A stretch of 41,401 nt of DNA, taken from NCBI GenBank assembly GCA_023259575.1, contig JALRHN010000001.1, positions 1-41,401 on the forward strand, read 5' to 3'. This document shows positions 28,363 through 38,207 of this stretch, one piece after another; within the stretch, counting starts at the first letter, position 1; each line of letters begins with the position of its first letter. This DNA comes from Candidatus Kapaibacterium sp. (lineage in GTDB: Bacteria; Bacteroidota; Ignavibacteria; Kapaibacteriales; UBA961). Below the pieces are notes generated by a model. The model did not search any database and was not told the origin of the DNA. It was given only the letters and a program-made list of their open reading frames with translations. Made by a program: the position numbers and the translations under genes.

Positions 28363-30543
28363 ATGGCAAGAACACTTATTACCGCAGCCCTACCTTATGT
28401 AAATAGTTATATTCATTTGGGGCATTTAGCAGGAGCTTATCTACCTGCTGATATGTATGCTCGATTTCTTCGATTACAAGGAAGGGAAGTCCTTTTTGTA
28501 TGTGGCTCTGATGAACATGGTGTTGCAATAACAATTAGTGCAGATAAAGAACATACAACTCCAAAAGCAATTATAGATAAATATCATCCGATGAATGAGG
28601 CTGCTTTTAAGGATTTTGGGATAAGTTTTGATATTTATTCTAGAACTTCATTACCAGATCATTTCGAAACAGCACAAGAGTTCTTTAAGGATTGGTTAGA
28701 AAAAGGGTATTTGGTAGAAAAAGAAGAACCGCAATTTTATGATCAAAAAGCTTCGATGTTTTTACCAGATAGATATGTTGAAGGAATATGCCCGCATTGT
28801 TCCAAAGAGGGAGCACGAGGCGATCAATGTGATAGTTGCGGAACAACGTATAATCAAACTGAACTAAAAAATCCAATTAGTATATTAACTGGAGAAAAAC
28901 CGATTGTTAAAAATACCAAACACTGGTATTTTAAAATGGGAGAATTCCAGAAACAATTAGAACAATATATAGAGTCACATAGTAAAGATTGGAAAGACAA
29001 TGTCATTCAGCAAAGCCGTTCTTGGCTTAAACAAGGTTTAAATGACAGAGCAGCTACCAGAGATATGAAATGGGGTATTCCCGTGCCAGCTGCAAATGCT
29101 GAAGGAAAAGTGATTTATGTTTGGTTCGAAGCTGTTCTTGGCTATATATCAGCCACAAAACATTGGGCAAAACAGCATGGATATTCTTCGGAAGAATGGA
29201 AAACATGGTGGAGTAAACCCAATGATGAAGATAGAGAATATATTGCTTTCTTAGGTAAAGATAATATCGTATTTCATACTTTGATTTTCCCTATGCTTTT
29301 AATGGCAAAAGGTGATATGATTTTACCTACGAATGTTCCTGCAAATGAATTTCTGAATTTTGAAGGTAAAAAGTTTTCTAAATCACAAAATTGGGGCATC
29401 TTTTTACGAGATTATCAAAAGGATTTTCCGGGCAAAACAAATGCTGATATTTTGAGATATGCTTTAGCGAATAATCTTCCTGAAACAAAAGACTCTGACT
29501 TTACATGGAAAGATTTTCAGGCTAAAACAAATAATGAATTAGCAGCGATACCTGGAAATTTTATCAATAGAGTTATTCAATTTTTATCAAAAAACTTTTC
29601 TAGTGCAGTTCCTACACTTTCAGATCGTTATGCAAAGCTAGATGAAGCTTGGGAATTATTAATTCAAGATTTTCAAAGAGAATCACCTACAGTCTCCAAA
29701 GAAACCTTGCATTCACTCTATGAATCAAAACATGTTCGATATTTTTCTGCTCATGATTTTTCAATGATTGCTTCTTTGTATACGGGAATGAATAAAGTTT
29801 CATCGCATTATAAACAATGCAGATTCAGAGATGCTGTAACAGAAACAATGAATATTGCCCGTTCGGCTAATAAGTATTTTAATGATACAGAGCCATGGAA
29901 AACTATTAAAAATGATCCAGATGAATGTGGTAAAACATTGTATATATGCTCGCAATTATTACGATCCCTAAGTATCATTTTTGCTCCTATTATTCCGCAT
30001 ACTTCTTCGGTTCTTGCAGAAAGTATAGGGCAAATTCCTATGACAGGATCTGTAGATCAATCTGATAAAAAAGATATATGGTCTACAATGGTATTTCCAG
30101 TTTTGTCTCAAGGACAAAACATACATATTCCACCAATTTTATTCAATAAGCTGGAAGATTCTGTGATAGATGCCCAGATTTCTGCTATGCATGCAGGACA
30201 AATATCAGATAAAAAAGAAGATCTTATTACAATCGATGATTTTAAGAAAATCAAACTTGTAACTGCTAAAATTATTAATGCAGAAGCAATCCCCAAAAGC
30301 GAAAAGCTAGTGAAATTACAAGTAGATACTGGAACTGAAAAAAGACAAATTTTAGCCGGTATTGCCAAGCATTATACGCCCGAGGATTTGCTTGGAAAAA
30401 CAATAGTGATTGTTGCTAATTTAGCTCCAGCAAAGTTGATGGGACATGAATCTCAAGGTATGTTATTGGCTGCAAATTCTGCTGATGGAAGCTTAAGTTT
30501 GATAGCACCAGAAATTGATTCTATTGGTTCTGAAGTACGATAA
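28363..30543 (+). CDS. metG: Methionine--tRNA ligase with C-terminal tRNA-binding (Trbp111/EMAPII-like) domain
   Basis: 726 aa with the HIGH motif (YIHLGHLAG), KFSKS (KMSKS) and the zinc knuckle CPHCSKEGARGDQCDSCG. The C-terminal OB domain is KLVTAKIINAEAIPKSEKLVKLQVDTG. Confidence 0.96.
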   Translation: MARTLITAALPYVNSYIHLGHLAGAYLPADMYARFLRLQGREVLFVCGSDEHGVAITISADKEHTTPKAIIDKYHPMNEAAFKDFGISFDIYSRTSLPDHFETAQEFFKDWLEKGYLVEKEEPQFYDQKASMFLPDRYVEGICPHCSKEGARGDQCDSCGTTYNQTELKNPISILTGEKPIVKNTKHWYFKMGEFQKQLEQYIESHSKDWKDNVIQQSRSWLKQGLNDRAATRDMKWGIPVPAANAEGKVIYVWFEAVLGYISATKHWAKQHGYSSEEWKTWWSKPNDEDREYIAFLGKDNIVFHTLIFPMLLMAKGDMILPTNVPANEFLNFEGKKFSKSQNWGIFLRDYQKDFPGKTNADILRYALANNLPETKDSDFTWKDFQAKTNNELAAIPGNFINRVIQFLSKNFSSAVPTLSDRYAKLDEAWELLIQDFQRESPTVSKETLHSLYESKHVRYFSAHDFSMIASLYTGMNKVSSHYKQCRFRDAVTETMNIARSANKYFNDTEPWKTIKNDPDECGKTLYICSQLLRSLSIIFAPIIPHTSSVLAESIGQIPMTGSVDQSDKKDIWSTMVFPVLSQGQNIHIPPILFNKLEDSVIDAQISAMHAGQISDKKEDLITIDDFKKIKLVTAKIINAEAIPKSEKLVKLQVDTGTEKRQILAGIAKHYTPEDLLGKTIVIVANLAPAKLMGHESQGMLLAANSADGSLSLIAPEIDSIGSEVR

Positions 30544-30554
30544 AAGGTATTACT

Positions 30555-30974
30555 ATGAAGATTTCTGTAGATTGGAAAGGTGGAATGTGCTTAGAAGGAC
30601 ATAATTCTGAGCAAAAAAAAACGGTATTCGATTCACATAGTTCAGAACATTATGTGTCTAAAGCAGCAACACCAATGGAGATAATGCTGCAATCTATGGC
30701 TGCATGCTCTATGATGGATGTTTTAAGTATTCTAGAAAAAAAGAGAAAAAATATTACTTCTCTGCATGTAGAAGTAATAGGAGATAGGGCGGATGAACAT
30801 CCTAAAGTGTTCACCAGTGTTCTGTTAAAGTTCTATCTAAAAAGTACTGATGCAGAATTAAAAGACATTGAAAGAAGTGTTGAATTATCTCAGCAAACAT
30901 ATTGTAGCGCTGCTGCCATGTTTAAAAGGTCTGGATGCGATGTAAAAACTGAATGTTATTTAGATATTATTTAG
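30555..30974 (+). CDS. OsmC/Ohr family peroxiredoxin-like protein
   Basis: 139 aa with two conserved Cys contexts (MAACSMMDV and TYCSAAAMF). It starts 11 nt downstream of metG. Confidence 0.75.
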   Translation: MKISVDWKGGMCLEGHNSEQKKTVFDSHSSEHYVSKAATPMEIMLQSMAACSMMDVLSILEKKRKNITSLHVEVIGDRADEHPKVFTSVLLKFYLKSTDAELKDIERSVELSQQTYCSAAAMFKRSGCDVKTECYLDII

Positions 30975-31870
30975 CATTTTCCTAATTGTTTTAATCGTTC
31001 TAGCCTAGCAAATTCATGCTGTGCAAACCAATTATCTTCTCGTAAAATAGTATAGGCAGAAGCAAAGAATGGAATAGCATCATCAATTTTATTGAGTGAC
31101 AGTAAACATTCACCAATTTCCTCGGCAATATATCCATCATTTTCAAGATTAGCAGATTTTCTTTGTTCTGCGCATTCATAATGTACAAGTAATGCTTCGC
31201 CAATTCTTCCTAGTAGACGCATCATTTTTGCAGCAGACCATTTAGCAATTAAGCTTTCTTCAAATCTTTTTCTTTCTTTATACCACATCTCACTTTTTAA
31301 GAAACATTCTAAAGCTGCATTAAAATCCTCTTTGGAATGATGGGTCCAGCCAATATTATTATATAATGCTCCCAACCAACTTTTGGCCTTTAAATCTGAT
31401 GATTTCTCTGCGTACAGCATTGCTTTTTTATTCCAGTCTAAAGATTCATCTGGTTCGCATATTATTCCTAGCATATGCATAGCATCTACAGCATAAAAAT
31501 CCAATGAATGAAGCGTTGCAATGTTCAAAGCAAGTAAGAAACTAGATTTTCCTCTGTCTGATTCTTGATGCCAGTTTTCCCATCTCCCTTTCTCTAAAAA
31601 ATATCGAGTTGAAGGCAAGGGTTTTTCAATATCTGGTAATTGGTCAATGATTGCAATAGCTTTTTGTAATTCTAAAGATGCTGATTCAAAATTTCTCAGG
31701 AGTGTTTCACATCTAGCAATTTGCGTAAGTAACTGAGGATAAAGGGTTTTATCCTCGTGAATCTTAATAATGTCAATTAAGCTACGAAATTGTTCTACTG
31801 TGATTTCAGGTTGAGAATAATTCCAAAGATGATCAAAGTCTTCGGGTTTAATAGAATCTATATTCTTCAT
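30971..31870 (-). CDS. Hypothetical all-helical repeat (TPR-like) protein
   Basis: 299 aa, soluble, with repeated helix-pair pattern. The N-terminus (FDHLWNYSQPEITVEQFRSL...LLTQIARC) resembles a widespread uncharacterised TPR-like family. The start is 3 nt after the upstream ABC ATPase stop. Confidence 0.55.
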   Translation of the reverse strand: MKNIDSIKPEDFDHLWNYSQPEITVEQFRSLIDIIKIHEDKTLYPQLLTQIARCETLLRNFESASLELQKAIAIIDQLPDIEKPLPSTRYFLEKGRWENWHQESDRGKSSFLLALNIATLHSLDFYAVDAMHMLGIICEPDESLDWNKKAMLYAEKSSDLKAKSWLGALYNNIGWTHHSKEDFNAALECFLKSEMWYKERKRFEESLIAKWSAAKMMRLLGRIGEALLVHYECAEQRKSANLENDGYIAEEIGECLLSLNKIDDAIPFFASAYTILREDNWFAQHEFARLERLKQLGKC

Positions 31871-31873
31871 TAT

Positions 31874-32965
31874 TTATAATCTATTATTCGTTGAAGAAGA
31901 GAATATACAGAGTGAATCAGGTTGTATATATAGCTTAATTGAATCTTCATTTTTTACTGGAAATTGTAGTGGAACACGAATAGACTTTAATGAATCACCA
32001 GATTGCACAAAAGCGATTTGTTCGTGGCCATGATATTCAGTTTGATGAATTGAACATTGCCATGTTGGAGCATTTTCTATGGGAGTTAAAGAGAAATTTT
32101 CTGGCCTAATTCCTACTATAATGTTTTTGTCATCAGGAATACCATGTTTTAATGATTTATGCGGAATAGTAAATGAAGCTCCATTATGTAATTCTTGAAA
32201 GATTAATTCATTGTCAATAATAGTGAAGCTACCGTGAAAAAAATTCATAGAAGGGCTTCCTAAAAAACCAGCTACAAATACATTCTGAGGATCATTATAA
32301 ATATCTTGTGGTTTTCCAATTTGCTGTACAATACCTTTATGAAGAACAGCAATGCGATCGCCCATTGTCATTGCTTCGGCTTGATCATGAGTTACATAAA
32401 TACCAGTAATTCCAACTCTTTTTTGTAAAGCAACGATTTCAGATCTCATATGCATTCTAAGTTGAGCATCTAAGTTAGACAAAGGTTCATCGAATAAAAA
32501 GACTCTGGGAGTTCTTATAATAGCTCTGCCAAGTGCTACTCTTTGTCTTTGCCCTCCTGATAATTGTTTTGGCTTTCGATTTAATAAATCACTCAAACCT
32601 ACTTGTTCTGCTATTTCTTGCACCTTTTTTACAATTTCATCTTTAGGATAATTTCTTAAACTTAAAGGAAATCCTAAGTTTTCGGCAACTGTAAGATGTG
32701 GATATAAAGCATAATTTTGGAAAACCATGCCAATATCTCTCATTTTTGCTGGCATATCATTAATACATTCTCCATCAAACAATAAAGAGCCACTAGAGAT
32801 ATCTTCTAATCCGGCAATCATTCGAAGAACAGTACTTTTCCCACAGCCTGATGGCCCCACTAGTACTAATAATTCACCGGGTAAAACAGTAAGATTTATA
32901 TCTTGTATTACTGGTTTTCCAGTTTCATATTCTTTATAGAGGTCTTTTAGTTCTACTGTGGTCAT
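31874..32965 (-). CDS. Sugar-importer-type ABC transporter ATP-binding protein (MalK/UgpC/MsiK-like with C-terminal TOBE-like regulatory domain)
   Basis: 363 aa with Walker A GPSGCGKST, signature LSGGQRQRVALGRA, Walker B VFLFDEPLSNLD and H-loop YVTHDQ. The C-terminal ~120 aa form a beta-rich domain. Confidence 0.85.
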   Translation of the reverse strand: MTTVELKDLYKEYETGKPVIQDINLTVLPGELLVLVGPSGCGKSTVLRMIAGLEDISSGSLLFDGECINDMPAKMRDIGMVFQNYALYPHLTVAENLGFPLSLRNYPKDEIVKKVQEIAEQVGLSDLLNRKPKQLSGGQRQRVALGRAIIRTPRVFLFDEPLSNLDAQLRMHMRSEIVALQKRVGITGIYVTHDQAEAMTMGDRIAVLHKGIVQQIGKPQDIYNDPQNVFVAGFLGSPSMNFFHGSFTIIDNELIFQELHNGASFTIPHKSLKHGIPDDKNIIVGIRPENFSLTPIENAPTWQCSIHQTEYHGHEQIAFVQSGDSLKSIRVPLQFPVKNEDSIKLYIQPDSLCIFSSSTNNRL

Positions 32966-33036
32966 TATATTAAAATCCAGAAATAAAGTTATTGAGCAAA
33001 ATACATAATTCTTAAAAGAATGCTATGCCTAATATT

Positions 33037-34854
33037 CTATGATATAGAATCAGAATCTAATTCTGAAGAAAATTGCAAATGAGAAAGTCGGGCATATAAA
33101 CCTTGTACTTTCATTAATTCATCATGTGTTCCATATTCAATAATAGATCCTTTGCTAAAAACAGCAATTGCATCGCATGTTCTGATTGTAGAAAGTCTGT
33201 GGGCGATAATAATTGTAGTTCGATCTTTCATTAATGTTTCCAAAGCTTCTTTTATCAAATGCTCAGAGACAGAATCTAAAGAGCTAGTTGCTTCATCGAG
33301 AATTAATATTGGAGGATTTTTTAGAATAGCTCTGGCGATTGCTATTCTTTGTCTTTGGCCTCCCGACAATGTAATTCCTCTTTCACCAACTAATGTAGAA
33401 AAACGCTCTGGAAATCTATCTATGAATTCCATGGCATTTGCCAAGATTGCAGCTTGTTCGATTTCTTTATCTGTTGCATCAGTTTTTCCATATGCAATAT
33501 TTTGAGCTATTGTACCTCCAAACAGAACGATATCTTGTGGAACTACACCGATAGAATTTCTGATTTTTTGCAATCCCCAATACTCAGCTGGTATAGAATT
33601 ATAGAGTATTTCGCCCTTATCTGGAGAATAAAATTGTTGAATTAGAGAAGCAGTTGTGCTTTTTCCAGCACCGCTTTCTCCTACAAATGCGATACGATGT
33701 CCAGCAGGAATTGTAAGATGAATATCCTTTAATGCTTGAATGTCTTTACGATTTGGATAACTAAAAGATACATTGTGTAGGCTAATAGAATGTAATGTTT
33801 CTGAATGTACTATTGTATTTTGAGTATCATTCTCTATTGGCTCATTTATAATTTCTCTTAAACGAACTGAAGCACCCAGAGCTTTTTGTACTTGACCAAG
33901 TAATTCTGCAAAGCTTCCCATTGCGCCGCCAACAAACATTGCATAAATTAAGAAAGTGGCAAAGTCTCCAATAGTTATTTCTCCAGCCTGAACTAGAGAT
34001 CCTCCATACCAAATTACACCAGCTATTCCACCAAAAAATGCAAAAAGGATAAAGGAAACAAATGCCGATCGAAGCTTTGCAGTATATAAAGCCAAAGAAA
34101 TTGTTTGGTTTAAGGCATTTTTATACCTTAATGCTTCAAAATTCTCATTAACATAGGATTTTACACTGCTTATTGCTTGTAGTGTCTCTTCTATGATTGT
34201 TGCTGAATTAGCTAAAGCATCCTGTGTTTTGGTACTTTGTTTTCTTATAAATTTTCCAAATACAACAGCAATCACCACTAAAATTGGTAAAGCTAACAGT
34301 ACAGGTAAAGCAAGGTTTAGTCCAGCAGTTAAAATAAATCCTATGCCACCAATAAGAAAAATTGTTTGTCTTAATAATTCTAATACAGTAAAAGCAAATG
34401 TTTCTTGGATTTGAGATAAATCAGAAGATAATCGAGAAGATAATTCTCCTACACGTCTTTCTGAAAAAAAGCTCATGGGGAGTCTTATGATATGTTCAAA
34501 TGAAGTAGACCTCAGCTCTGCTAAAGCATATTCTGTAATCTTGGCAATTGTCATTGAAGCTATAAAACGTATTGCTGATTGAAGGGCAATCAAAAGAAGT
34601 AAACTTATAGCTAATAGGCCAGGGGTTAATTGTATTCCAAAAGGCATAAATGCTTTATCTGGATGCACAAAGCCATCTAACATTTTTCCAATAATTGCCG
34701 GAAATATTAAGCCCAAAGATGCAGTGATCAACATGATAATTAATGCAATAATACCCTTAAGTGCATATGGTTTATAGAAAGACAATAAAAAGGATAATTG
34801 CTCTTTAGTTTCACCTGCTTTTATCTTTGAACTAGGTATTTGATCTGTATTCAT
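33037..34854 (-). CDS. ABC exporter, fused permease/ATPase half-transporter (MsbA/MdlB-like)
   Basis: 605 aa with six N-terminal TM helices. The NBD has GESGAGKST, LSGGQRQRIAIARA and ILILDEATSSLD. Confidence 0.9.
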   Translation of the reverse strand: MNTDQIPSSKIKAGETKEQLSFLLSFYKPYALKGIIALIIMLITASLGLIFPAIIGKMLDGFVHPDKAFMPFGIQLTPGLLAISLLLLIALQSAIRFIASMTIAKITEYALAELRSTSFEHIIRLPMSFFSERRVGELSSRLSSDLSQIQETFAFTVLELLRQTIFLIGGIGFILTAGLNLALPVLLALPILVVIAVVFGKFIRKQSTKTQDALANSATIIEETLQAISSVKSYVNENFEALRYKNALNQTISLALYTAKLRSAFVSFILFAFFGGIAGVIWYGGSLVQAGEITIGDFATFLIYAMFVGGAMGSFAELLGQVQKALGASVRLREIINEPIENDTQNTIVHSETLHSISLHNVSFSYPNRKDIQALKDIHLTIPAGHRIAFVGESGAGKSTTASLIQQFYSPDKGEILYNSIPAEYWGLQKIRNSIGVVPQDIVLFGGTIAQNIAYGKTDATDKEIEQAAILANAMEFIDRFPERFSTLVGERGITLSGGQRQRIAIARAILKNPPILILDEATSSLDSVSEHLIKEALETLMKDRTTIIIAHRLSTIRTCDAIAVFSKGSIIEYGTHDELMKVQGLYARLSHLQFSSELDSDSIS

Positions 34855-34903
34855 GAAAATCTTTTTAGGTAAAATGAAATAGAATTCTAGGTTTTATCAC
34901 TCA

Positions 34904-34930
34904 ATAATACATGTATTTGATAATACATGT
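34904..34930. promoter_or_regulatory. Two copies of ATAATACATGT spaced 16 bp apart in a divergent promoter region (candidate operator)
   Basis: Exact 11-bp direct repeat at 34904-34914 and 34920-34930. Each copy contains the palindrome ACATGT. It lies between the ABC exporter start (34854, -) and the DUF4286 start (34989, +). Confidence 0.3.
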
Positions 34931-34988
34931 GCATTATTCGTATACTAATTTCTCATTTTTGCCATAAACATATTATACAGGATAAAAA

Positions 34989-35306
34989 ATGATTGCATTA
35001 TATGAAGTTTCGATAGAAGTTCAGAAAGTACATTCAGATGAATGGCTGGACTGGATGATTACTGTTCATATCCCTGAAGTTATGAAATGTGGCTTATTTA
35101 TTAATGCCAAACTTAGTAAGGTTCTAGACCCAAAATCTGACAGTTTTGATACATTCCATATTCAGTATTCAGCTAACTCTTTGCAAGATATACAAGTATA
35201 TAGATCAGATTATTCGCCTGCATTACAAGCTTCTCATAATAAGATATTTGGAGAATACACAAATGGTATGAGAAAAGTGCTGCAGCTAGAAAAGGAATTT
35301 TGCTAA
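34989..35306 (+). CDS. DUF4286 family protein
   Basis: 105 aa. The pattern YEVSIEVQKVHSDEWLDWMITVHIPEVMKCGLFINAKLSKVL closely matches the DUF4286 proteins of Bacteroidota as I remember them. Confidence 0.65.
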   Translation: MIALYEVSIEVQKVHSDEWLDWMITVHIPEVMKCGLFINAKLSKVLDPKSDSFDTFHIQYSANSLQDIQVYRSDYSPALQASHNKIFGEYTNGMRKVLQLEKEFC

Positions 35307-35383
35307 AATACTTATGATATTAATTCTAATAAACATAATCACGTAATTACATTCTTAAATCTAGACATATAGTATACATCTTT

Positions 35384-36049
35384 ATGCAACAATCAGTTTT
35401 TTCTGTTCCAGAAGCGCCGCATTTAAAAATCATAGGATTTGAATCGGGCCCAGTGGCAACCAATGGCTATATTATAGCAGATATGAAAAGTCATGAAGCA
35501 ATTATTATTGATGCACCCTATAGCAGTGCAGATGTTTTTCAGGCAATTCTAAACCATTATTCATTATATGCTTCTGCATTATGGCTTACTCATTCTCATT
35601 GGGATCACACAGCAGATGCTTCTATTTTGCAAAATAAAGGACTTCAAGTATTATGTCATCACGATGATATCTATAGATTGATCGATCCTATGGAGCATAC
35701 ATTATGGCCTTTACCTTTTACTATTAATCCTATTTCGCCAATAGAAGAATTAATAGAAAATCAAATATTACAATGTGGAGAATGGAAATTTAACGTGATT
35801 CATACTCCAGGCCATACGGAAGGAAGTGTGTGTTTTATTAGCGATACCTATAATTGTGCAATAGTAGGTGATACATTATTCGCTGAAAGCATTGGTAGAA
35901 CAGACTTGCCCGGAGGCAATACTGATCAATTAATTCATTCAATTAAGAGTAAATTATTAGTGTTGTCACCAGAAACCGTGATATTCCCAGGCCATGGAGA
36001 AATCTCTACTATTGGCCATGAACAACGATATAATCAATTTTTACAATGA
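35384..36049 (+). CDS. MBL-fold metallo-hydrolase (glyoxalase II-like)
   Basis: 221 aa with the HSHWDH (HxHxDH) metal motif. Downstream HTPGHTEGS and the GDTLF...GRTD...PGHG pattern are also present. Confidence 0.85.
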   Translation: MQQSVFSVPEAPHLKIIGFESGPVATNGYIIADMKSHEAIIIDAPYSSADVFQAILNHYSLYASALWLTHSHWDHTADASILQNKGLQVLCHHDDIYRLIDPMEHTLWPLPFTINPISPIEELIENQILQCGEWKFNVIHTPGHTEGSVCFISDTYNCAIVGDTLFAESIGRTDLPGGNTDQLIHSIKSKLLVLSPETVIFPGHGEISTIGHEQRYNQFLQ

Positions 36050-36104
36050 TATTCTGAATCATTTTTGATATTGAAAGTTTATTATTCATTACGATGTATT
36101 TTCT

Positions 36105-36620
36105 ATGAACAACAATTCACTTTTCATTAATAGAGTACTCACCATCATTTGCATAATTTGCATTCAGATGTTTATTGGTTGCTATTCATTTACGGGTGGT
36201 TCAGTACCTGATCATTTACGAACAATCAGTATTGCTCCTTCAAATGATAATAGCGGATTTGGCAATCCAAGGTTTCGAGATATTCTCAATCGAAGATTGA
36301 TTGACAAATTTAGAAATGACAATACGCTTGTATTAGTTGAAACGAACGGTGATGCACAACTTCAATCAACGATTTCATCTATTAATGATGCAATTGTTTC
36401 GGTTAGCCCCGGAGAGATTGAAAGAGAACGCAAGTTAACGGTAACAGTTGATGCTGAATATACCGATGTGGTTAAGCATAAAACCGTTTGGAAACGTAGT
36501 TTCTCCAATTTTCAAGTATATGTTATAAGCCAAGGACAGCAAGCCCGGGAAGAAGCAGTGATTGCTGCAATTCAACAATTAGGTGAAGATATACTTCTTG
36601 CAGTTGTTTCCGGATGGTAA
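36105..36620 (+). CDS. lptE: LptE-like LPS-assembly lipoprotein
   Basis: 171 aa with lipobox FIGC followed by YSFTGGSVP..LRTISIAP. The C-terminus EDILLAVVSGW follows the Bacteroidetes-type LptE pattern. Confidence 0.6.
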   Translation: MNNNSLFINRVLTIICIICIQMFIGCYSFTGGSVPDHLRTISIAPSNDNSGFGNPRFRDILNRRLIDKFRNDNTLVLVETNGDAQLQSTISSINDAIVSVSPGEIERERKLTVTVDAEYTDVVKHKTVWKRSFSNFQVYVISQGQQAREEAVIAAIQQLGEDILLAVVSGW

Positions 36621-36668
36621 TAATGACATTTTTCTACTATTTTCATAGCTGGAGTTCTAGCTAATCTT

Positions 36669-38120
36669 ATGGAAGTTACTCTACTTATTATTTATTTCGT
36701 TTCCCTCAGTATCTTATTTGCATTCGGATTACATGGTTTAGTGATGATTTATTTTTATCACAAAACCAGAGCATATAATCCTCCTACATTATTGGCTCAA
36801 ACCGAATGGCCGCAAGTAACAATTCAATTGCCTGTTTTTAATGAAGTATATGTGGTTGAACGCTTAGTTAAAGCAGTATGTGAGATGGAATATCCAATTG
36901 ATAAATTAGAAATTCAATTATTAGATGATTCTACAGATGAAACCGTTGAAGTTTCTCGCAGAATTGTTTCTGAATATTCTTCTAAAGGATTTGATATAAA
37001 GCATATTCATCGTATAGACCGTTCTGGCTTTAAAGCAGGTGCTCTTAAAAGTGGATTAGAAACAGCAAAAGGGGAATATGTTGGAATTTTTGATGCAGAT
37101 TTTGTTCCTAATACTGATTTTCTTCAAAAAACAATTCCTCATTTTCAAAATGCAGAAATTGGTATGGTTCAAACTCGATGGGAACATTTAAATGAGGATT
37201 ATTCCTATTTAACCAGAGCTCAAGCATTGGCTTTAGATGGTCACTTTGTAATTGAACAGCAAGTAAGAAATAAAGCTGGCTTCTTTATTAACTTTAATGG
37301 CACAGCTGGTATTTGGCGTAAATCATGTATTGAAGATGCTGGAAATTGGCATGCAGATACATTAGCTGAAGATTTAGATTTAAGCTATCGAGCCCAATTA
37401 CGTGGCTGGAAATTTATGTTCTTAAATGATGTTACTTCACCTGCAGAATTACCTGCTGATATTAATGGTTTAAAAACTCAGCAATTTCGTTGGACAAAAG
37501 GTGCGGTTGAAACTGCAATTAAATTATTGCCAATGGTGTGGAAATCTTCACTTCCATTAAAGATCAAAGCAGAATGTACTGTTCATTTAACAAGCAATAT
37601 TGTATTCCCTTTTATCCTTCTTACAGCATTATTAAATGTTCCTTTAGTAGTTATTAAAAATACTGTAGAAGGTTATGATAGTATTTTTACCTTAATGGGA
37701 ATATTTGTTCTTGCTTCAGTAAGTACATTTATGTTTTATATGTATGCACAAAGAGCAATTCATCTTGATTGGCGCCGTAGACTAATGCTTTTCCCTGTTT
37801 TTATGGCTGGAAGTATGGGCTTTGCCGTTAATAATACAAAAGCAGTGTTCGAGGCCCTTATTGGCAAAAAATCAGCTTTTATGCGTACTCCTAAGTATAA
37901 AATAGTAACAGGTAAAGATGATTGGAAGAAGAAAAAATATGTTCAAAAGCAACTTGGTGGAGCCATCATTGCTGAACTATTTTTTACTCTCTATTTTATA
38001 GTTGGTATATCTATTTCTTTATTTTACCTAGAAATCGCTGCTATTCCTTTTCAATTGCTGTTTTTAGCTGGATTTGGTACAGTAGGTACTTTGAGTTTAA
38101 GACATGCTTTATCAAGATAG
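36669..38120 (+). CDS. Processive family-2 glycosyltransferase (cellulose-synthase-like/CslA-like membrane synthase)
   Basis: 483 aa with an N-terminal TM, then LLDDSTDET, IFDADF, LAEDLDLS and QQFRWTKG (D, DxD, ED, QxxRW). Several C-terminal TM helices follow. No PilZ domain was seen. Confidence 0.85.
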   Translation: MEVTLLIIYFVSLSILFAFGLHGLVMIYFYHKTRAYNPPTLLAQTEWPQVTIQLPVFNEVYVVERLVKAVCEMEYPIDKLEIQLLDDSTDETVEVSRRIVSEYSSKGFDIKHIHRIDRSGFKAGALKSGLETAKGEYVGIFDADFVPNTDFLQKTIPHFQNAEIGMVQTRWEHLNEDYSYLTRAQALALDGHFVIEQQVRNKAGFFINFNGTAGIWRKSCIEDAGNWHADTLAEDLDLSYRAQLRGWKFMFLNDVTSPAELPADINGLKTQQFRWTKGAVETAIKLLPMVWKSSLPLKIKAECTVHLTSNIVFPFILLTALLNVPLVVIKNTVEGYDSIFTLMGIFVLASVSTFMFYMYAQRAIHLDWRRRLMLFPVFMAGSMGFAVNNTKAVFEALIGKKSAFMRTPKYKIVTGKDDWKKKKYVQKQLGGAIIAELFFTLYFIVGISISLFYLEIAAIPFQLLFLAGFGTVGTLSLRHALSR

Positions 38121-38150
38121 ATATTCTAAGGATAAAATTCTGTAATTTTG

Positions 38151-38175
38151 AAGGCGCTTTTATAGCGCCTTTTTT
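38151..38175 (+). terminator. Rho-independent terminator after the GT2 gene
   Basis: AAGGCGC-ttttata-GCGCCTT followed by a T-run. Confidence 0.7.
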
Positions 38176-38207
38176 ATGTCCAATACCAAATAATACTGTA
38201 CATTATT

